Positions 7,087-11,289 of a stretch of DNA of 11,289 bases are shown one piece after another (positions within the stretch are counted from its first letter, which is position 1; each line of letters opens with the position of its first letter). The notes below the pieces were generated by a model. It had not been told where the DNA came from. It made no database searches and saw only the letters and a program-made list of their open reading frames with translations. The stretch covers positions 1 to 11,289 of the forward strand of contig SDNY01000113.1 in the NCBI GenBank assembly GCA_004524535.1, given 5' to 3'. The DNA is from Promethearchaeota archaeon. Lineage in GTDB: Archaea; Asgardarchaeota; Lokiarchaeia; Sigyniarchaeales; SOKP01. The translations under genes were made by a program, and so were the position numbers.

Positions 7087-8451
7087 ATGATTAAAAGTGA
7101 GATTTTAACACATTTAGAAAATATCGTAGGCAAAGAATTTGCCTCAAATAATCAAGAAGATCTTTTCATTTATTCGCAGGATTCTGGAGCTTCCTTACCT
7201 CGTCCAGTTGATTTCGTAGTATTGCCTAAAACGGTTGAAGAAATCCAAAATATTGTGAGATTAGCAAATGAAGAAAAGATTCCCATTGTACCTATGGGCG
7301 GAGGGATGACGTTAAGCGGATTAACCATTCCAATAAAAGGTGGTATTGTTATCGATCTGAAAAGAATGGATAAAATACTTGAAATAAATGAAATAAGCCG
7401 ATATGCTCTTATCGAAGCAGGAGTTACAACTGGAAGATTGACTGCATATCTTGAAAAACATTATCCTAATTTAGAAGTTTCAATCCCTGATGCTCCTCCC
7501 TCAGCAACGGTTACAGGAAACGCACTAATTCATGGATCGGGTTTCTTATCACAAAAATATGGAAATCATGGAGATATGATTAATGGATTAGAAGTTGTTC
7601 TGCCAAATGGAGAAATATGTAAACTGGGTTCTTGCGCAGTCTCTGAATATTGGTTTACGAGAGGCCCTATTCCAGACCTTATAGGATTATTTATAAGTTC
7701 TTTTGGAACGATGGGAATTGCCACAAAACTGGCTATTAAACTTTATCCGAAAGATAATTTAAGAGAAATTGTTGTTGGCATATTTAGCGATCCCAAAATG
7801 ATTCCGGATGCTATATCAAAAATTACACATACAGACATAGCCGAGGATATCGTTTTCGCTGTCTCAGAGGCATTATTTAAGGGATATATATTCTTAGCTA
7901 CATACATAACTGGAAATTCCGAAGAGGATATAGGATCTAAGATAAAAATATTAAAGCGTATATATCGTAAGGCAAAAGGTAATTATATGAAGGTTCCCGA
8001 AGGCTTTAGAAATTATTTCTTAGAAAAACCTATATTTATCTCATCGGAAGCCGATAATCGAAGCGGAGGGGGTTTTGAATATAGCGGTAATTTCATCCCT
8101 CTTGACAAGATACCTGAAGCTATTGAAAAAGCAATTGAAATTTCCAAAAAATACGATATTTCTCCTTCACAAGTTTCTAGAGTAATTGGAAAAGGACATA
8201 ATATAATGTTTGCTGCTTCATTTTCATTTAATAGAGCGGATCCCAATGATATGGAAAATGCTAGGAATGCACTTCATGAGACGAATGAAATGATACTTAA
8301 ATTAGGAGGAATCATTTGGAAGCCAGAATTAGCAGGTCAAAAATTAATCATTGAAAAAATGGACCCAAATTATAAAAAATTATTTCAAGCTATTCGAGTT
8401 GCCTTAGATCCAAACGGAATTATGAATCCAGGTAATTGGGAAATAACCTAG
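7087..8451 (+). CDS. FAD-binding oxidoreductase (VAO/PCMH fold, GlcD-like), paralog A
   Basis: PKTVEEI; PMGGGMTLSG; DLKRMDKILEI; EAGVT; GLEVVLPNG; GTMGIATK; C-terminal LDPNGIMNPG. Confidence 0.92.
   Translation: MIKSEILTHLENIVGKEFASNNQEDLFIYSQDSGASLPRPVDFVVLPKTVEEIQNIVRLANEEKIPIVPMGGGMTLSGLTIPIKGGIVIDLKRMDKILEINEISRYALIEAGVTTGRLTAYLEKHYPNLEVSIPDAPPSATVTGNALIHGSGFLSQKYGNHGDMINGLEVVLPNGEICKLGSCAVSEYWFTRGPIPDLIGLFISSFGTMGIATKLAIKLYPKDNLREIVVGIFSDPKMIPDAISKITHTDIAEDIVFAVSEALFKGYIFLATYITGNSEEDIGSKIKILKRIYRKAKGNYMKVPEGFRNYFLEKPIFISSEADNRSGGGFEYSGNFIPLDKIPEAIEKAIEISKKYDISPSQVSRVIGKGHNIMFAASFSFNRADPNDMENARNALHETNEMILKLGGIIWKPELAGQKLIIEKMDPNYKKLFQAIRVALDPNGIMNPGNWEIT
7144..7175 (+). repeat. 32-nt exact repeat shared by the two paralogs (second copy 8628-8659)
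   Basis: TCAAATAATCAAGAAGATCTTTTCATTTATTC occurs at both positions. Confidence 0.9.
8335..8363 (+). repeat. 29-nt exact repeat shared by the two paralogs (second copy 9825-9853)
   Basis: GGTCAAAAATTAATCATTGAAAAAATGGA occurs at both positions. Confidence 0.9.
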
Positions 8452-8570
8452 TTATTCCTTTTAATGAATTATTATTTTTAATAAAATAAAAAGAAAATAA
8501 AAAAAATCTTAAAATAAATATTATATCAAGTAAATAAATTAATTATATTCTAAAATTAGTGTAAATAACA

Positions 8571-9938
8571 ATGAGTAATGCTGAAGTTTTAAGTAAGTTA
8601 GAAGAAATTGTAGGTAAAGATTTTGCATCAAATAATCAAGAAGATCTTTTCATTTATTCTCAAGATCCAGGGGTTTCTCAACCTCGTCCGGTGGATTACG
8701 TGGCAATGCCAGAAACAGTCGAAGAGGTTCAACAAATTGTAAGATTCGCCAACGATAAAAAAATTCCGATTGTTCCTATGGGTGGGGGTATGACATTGAG
8801 TGGATTAGTAATTCCAATTAAAGGCGGTATAGTTTTAGATATGAAAAGAATGGACAAAATAATTGAAATAAATGAGACAAGCCGTTATGCTTTAATAGAA
8901 GCGGGTGTTACCTCAGGGCAATTAATAGCTCATTTAAGAGAAAAGTATCCAGACCTTCAAGCTCCATATCCTGATGCACCCCCATCAATAACAATCGCTG
9001 GAAATGCCTTAATCCATGGATCGGGATATTTATCACAGAAATATGGAGATCATAGTGCAATGATTAACGGCTTAGAGGTTGTTTTAGCGAATGGAGAAGT
9101 AGTTAAAGTTGGATCATGCGCAATTTCTAATTATTGGTTTACAAGAGGACCCATACCAGATTTAGTTGGGTTATTTACTAGTGCCTTTGGCACGATGGGA
9201 ATTGTAACAAAATTATCCATAAAACTATTTCCAAAACCAAAATTTAGAGGTCTTGTTATTGGATTAATTAAAGATTTCAATACTATTCCAGGATTAGTAT
9301 TAAATCTTACAAAAACTGACATCCCCGAAGATTTAATGGTTGCTATAGCAGAAAAACCAGATTTTATGAAAGGATATGGAATTCTTTTGCTTTATATAAC
9401 AGGAGATTCTCAAGATGAATTAGATTCTAAAACAAAAATACTTAAAAAGATTTACCGTAAAAACGATGCAAGATTTATGAAACTTCCCCCTAAATATTAT
9501 GATGTTTTTCTAGAACAACCACAATTCGCTGCAAAAGCAGCAGACTTTCGGAAGGGTGGAGGTTTCGAGTATGTAGGCTCGAATCTCCCTTTAGAGAAGA
9601 TACCTCAAGCTATTGAAAGAGCACGTGATATTTCCTTAAAATATGGAATTGTCCCAACGCAAGTTTCTAGAATAATTGGGAGAGGACATAACGTAATGTT
9701 TGCCGCCTCATATTCTTTTAATAGAGCAGATCCAGAAGATATGGAGAGAGCTAGGAAAGCACTTCATGAGACAAATGAACTGGTGCTTAAATTAGGAGGT
9801 ATTCCTTGGAAAGCAGAAATAGCGGGTCAAAAATTAATCATTGAAAAAATGGATCCTAATTATAAAATGTTATTAAAAACTATTCGCAACATATTAGATC
9901 CTAACGGAATTATGAATCCTGGAAATTGGGAGGTGTAG
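8571..9938 (+). CDS. FAD-binding oxidoreductase (VAO/PCMH fold, GlcD-like), paralog B
   Basis: Same motifs as 7087-8451, colinear over the full length with one 2-aa internal indel. Confidence 0.92.
   Translation: MSNAEVLSKLEEIVGKDFASNNQEDLFIYSQDPGVSQPRPVDYVAMPETVEEVQQIVRFANDKKIPIVPMGGGMTLSGLVIPIKGGIVLDMKRMDKIIEINETSRYALIEAGVTSGQLIAHLREKYPDLQAPYPDAPPSITIAGNALIHGSGYLSQKYGDHSAMINGLEVVLANGEVVKVGSCAISNYWFTRGPIPDLVGLFTSAFGTMGIVTKLSIKLFPKPKFRGLVIGLIKDFNTIPGLVLNLTKTDIPEDLMVAIAEKPDFMKGYGILLLYITGDSQDELDSKTKILKKIYRKNDARFMKLPPKYYDVFLEQPQFAAKAADFRKGGGFEYVGSNLPLEKIPQAIERARDISLKYGIVPTQVSRIIGRGHNVMFAASYSFNRADPEDMERARKALHETNELVLKLGGIPWKAEIAGQKLIIEKMDPNYKMLLKTIRNILDPNGIMNPGNWEV
9929..9935 (+). promoter_or_regulatory. 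Strong Shine-Dalgarno site (GGAGGTG) inside the last codons of paralog B
   Basis: TGG GAG GTG TAG TAAA ATG; 7 nt to the ATG at 9943. Confidence 0.75.
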
Positions 9939-9942
9939 TAAA

Positions 9943-11115
9943 ATGACTATAAATGTTAAACAAGATTGGAAAGATATAGTTCATCGGTGCTTCCGATGTG
10001 GTTATTGCAAGTTCACTTTTGAGTATTCTGATTTTAATTGTCCTAGCTACAAAAAACATCGTTTTGAGACCTATAGTACAGGGGGAAGAATGTGGCTCAT
10101 TTATGGGATAATAAATGGAGACCTACAATGGAGCCAAAATTTAGCTAATGTTTTATACTCCTGTTCCACTTGTGGCAATTGCATGGAAAATTGTAGATTT
10201 GATAAATTTAATGGTTTTCTCGTAGATATAATAGAAGCGGCAAGGGCAGAAGCCGTGAAAAATGGTTTTTGTCCTGAAAAGCAAAAAGCTTTATTAGAGC
10301 GCACAACTAACCCGGAAATGTTTAATCCTTATGGTGAACCAAATTCAGATAACGAAGAGTTAAAAAAAAAATATAATTTACCGGACAAAGCAGAATGGGT
10401 TTATTTTATTGGATGTACTTCAAATTACCGTCAAAAAAATTTAAGAGATGCTACTCTAAGATTTCTAAAAAAAATAAATCTTGATTTTACTTTAATCGAT
10501 GAACATTGTTGTACCAGTCCAATAATAAGAACCGGACAAATAGAACCAGTAAAGGAATTTATGAATTATAATATAGAAAAGATAAAAGAGGTTGGGGCAA
10601 GTAAGGTCATTACCTCATGCGCTGGTTGCTGTAGAACATTGAAAGTTGATTTTGCTAAACAAGGAGTAAATCACGATTTAGAGATTTATCACACTTCGGA
10701 GGTGGTTAAAAGATTTTTAGACGAAGGAAAGATAACGTTTACTTCCGAATTTAATAAAACCGTTACTTATCACGATCCTTGCCATATAGGGAGACACATG
10801 GGATTATACGAAGAACCTAGGGAAGTTTACAAGCAAATTCCAGGAATAAAATTCGTTGAAATGGGAAGAAATAGAGAAAACGCTTGGTGTTGTGGTGCTG
10901 GTGGGGGAGTTAAGATCGGATATCCTGAGTGGGCAGTAGAAATCTCAAAAGAAAGGGTAGAAGAAGCAAAAGAAACTGGAGCTACAGTATTATCGTCAAC
11001 TTGTCCATTCTGTAGGACAAACTTATCTGACGCAAATGATGAGTTTAATCTTGGTTTAGAAGTAATCGATTTGATAGAAATCTTAGACCAGTTAGAGATA
11101 AAAATTAACGAATAA
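9943..11115 (+). CDS. (Fe-S)-binding protein, GlpC/GlcF/HdrD family (two ferredoxin-type motifs plus two CCG domains)
   Basis: CFRCGYC...CP; CSTCGNCMENC; YFIGC...HCCTSP...TSCAGC; YHDPCH...WCCGAGGG...TCPFC. Confidence 0.92.
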   Translation: MTINVKQDWKDIVHRCFRCGYCKFTFEYSDFNCPSYKKHRFETYSTGGRMWLIYGIINGDLQWSQNLANVLYSCSTCGNCMENCRFDKFNGFLVDIIEAARAEAVKNGFCPEKQKALLERTTNPEMFNPYGEPNSDNEELKKKYNLPDKAEWVYFIGCTSNYRQKNLRDATLRFLKKINLDFTLIDEHCCTSPIIRTGQIEPVKEFMNYNIEKIKEVGASKVITSCAGCCRTLKVDFAKQGVNHDLEIYHTSEVVKRFLDEGKITFTSEFNKTVTYHDPCHIGRHMGLYEEPREVYKQIPGIKFVEMGRNRENAWCCGAGGGVKIGYPEWAVEISKERVEEAKETGATVLSSTCPFCRTNLSDANDEFNLGLEVIDLIEILDQLEIKINE

Positions 11116-11122
11116 ATTTTAT

Positions 11123-11159
11123 AAAAAAAAAGTAATTTACTTTTTTTAATTTTTTTTTT
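11123..11159. terminator. Probable bidirectional terminator: A-tract/T-tract palindrome followed by T10
   Basis: AAAAAAAGTAA-T-TTACTTTTTTT (11125-11147) starts 10 nt after the stop at 11115. It gives oligo-T on both strands and lies between convergent frames. Confidence 0.55.
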
Positions 11160-11229
11160 CCTTATTATTTTGACATGTTATTTCTCTAACAGTAAAATTC
11201 TTTGAAAATGCTTAATTACTAGACTTTAG

Positions 11230-11289
11230 TTATTGCGAGACACTCAAGTCAAGTAATTTTTTTGGTACTCCCCAAGAGTGGATGATACC
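11230..11289 (-). CDS. Probable 3' end of a convergent gene entering from the right edge
   Basis: Minus frame reads GIIHSWGVPKKLLDLSVSQ* (TAA at 11232-11230). GC is visibly higher than in the adjacent intergenic DNA. Only 19 codons visible. Confidence 0.45.
   Translation of the reverse strand, partial: GIIHSWGVPKKLLDLSVSQ

Noticed and set aside
7087-9938. Alkyl-DHAP synthase (ether-lipid synthesis) call, tempting beside a DHAP-producing G3PDH
   Set aside because: The C-terminal HHH motif of AGPS is absent from both copies.
8013-10304. Minus-strand ORFs 8013-8246, 9131-9322 and 10101-10304
   Set aside because: Antisense shadows of conserved genes; the two inside the paralogs are not at equivalent positions.
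10362-10371. A10 homopolymer as a slippage or phase-variation site
   Set aside because: The frame is intact (LKKKY) and long A/T runs are common throughout this window.
11263-11289. tRNA 3' end on the minus strand (…GGGGAGTACCA)
   Set aside because: No TTCRA T-loop, and stem lengths do not fit a 7+5 or 9+4 fold; better explained as coding sequence.
1-11289. CRISPR array, IS element, rRNA
   Set aside because: No regularly spaced repeats, transposase or integrase motifs, terminal inverted repeats or rRNA signatures were seen.

Overview
AT-rich archaeal chromosomal window. The TFB gene, GGTGA/GGAGGTG ribosome-binding sites and TATA-like boxes indicate an archaeon; gene content suggests an Asgard/Lokiarchaeia-like organism, which is inference only. 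Minus strand, left: the 5' part of a hypothetical gene (1-201), a divergent transcription factor B (355-1263) and an unlisted decayed short-chain dehydrogenase fragment (1552-1662). Plus strand: a membrane-anchored, sequon-rich purple-acid-phosphatase-like metallophosphoesterase; a tail-anchored 102-aa protein; a three-gene glycerol-3-phosphate-dehydrogenase-type module (GlpA/LhgO-like flavoprotein with BFD-like domain, NAD(P)/FAD oxidoreductase, DUF1667-like Fe-S protein); two tandem paralogous VAO/PCMH-fold FAD oxidoreductases with non-canonical active-site motifs; and a GlpC/GlcF/HdrD-type Fe-S/CCG protein. A convergent gene probably ends at the right edge. No rRNA, tRNA, CRISPR array or mobile element could be supported. 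The best candidate for an undescribed system is the flavin/Fe-S redox cluster (1819-11115), whose FAD oxidoreductases lack the catalytic motifs of their characterised relatives.
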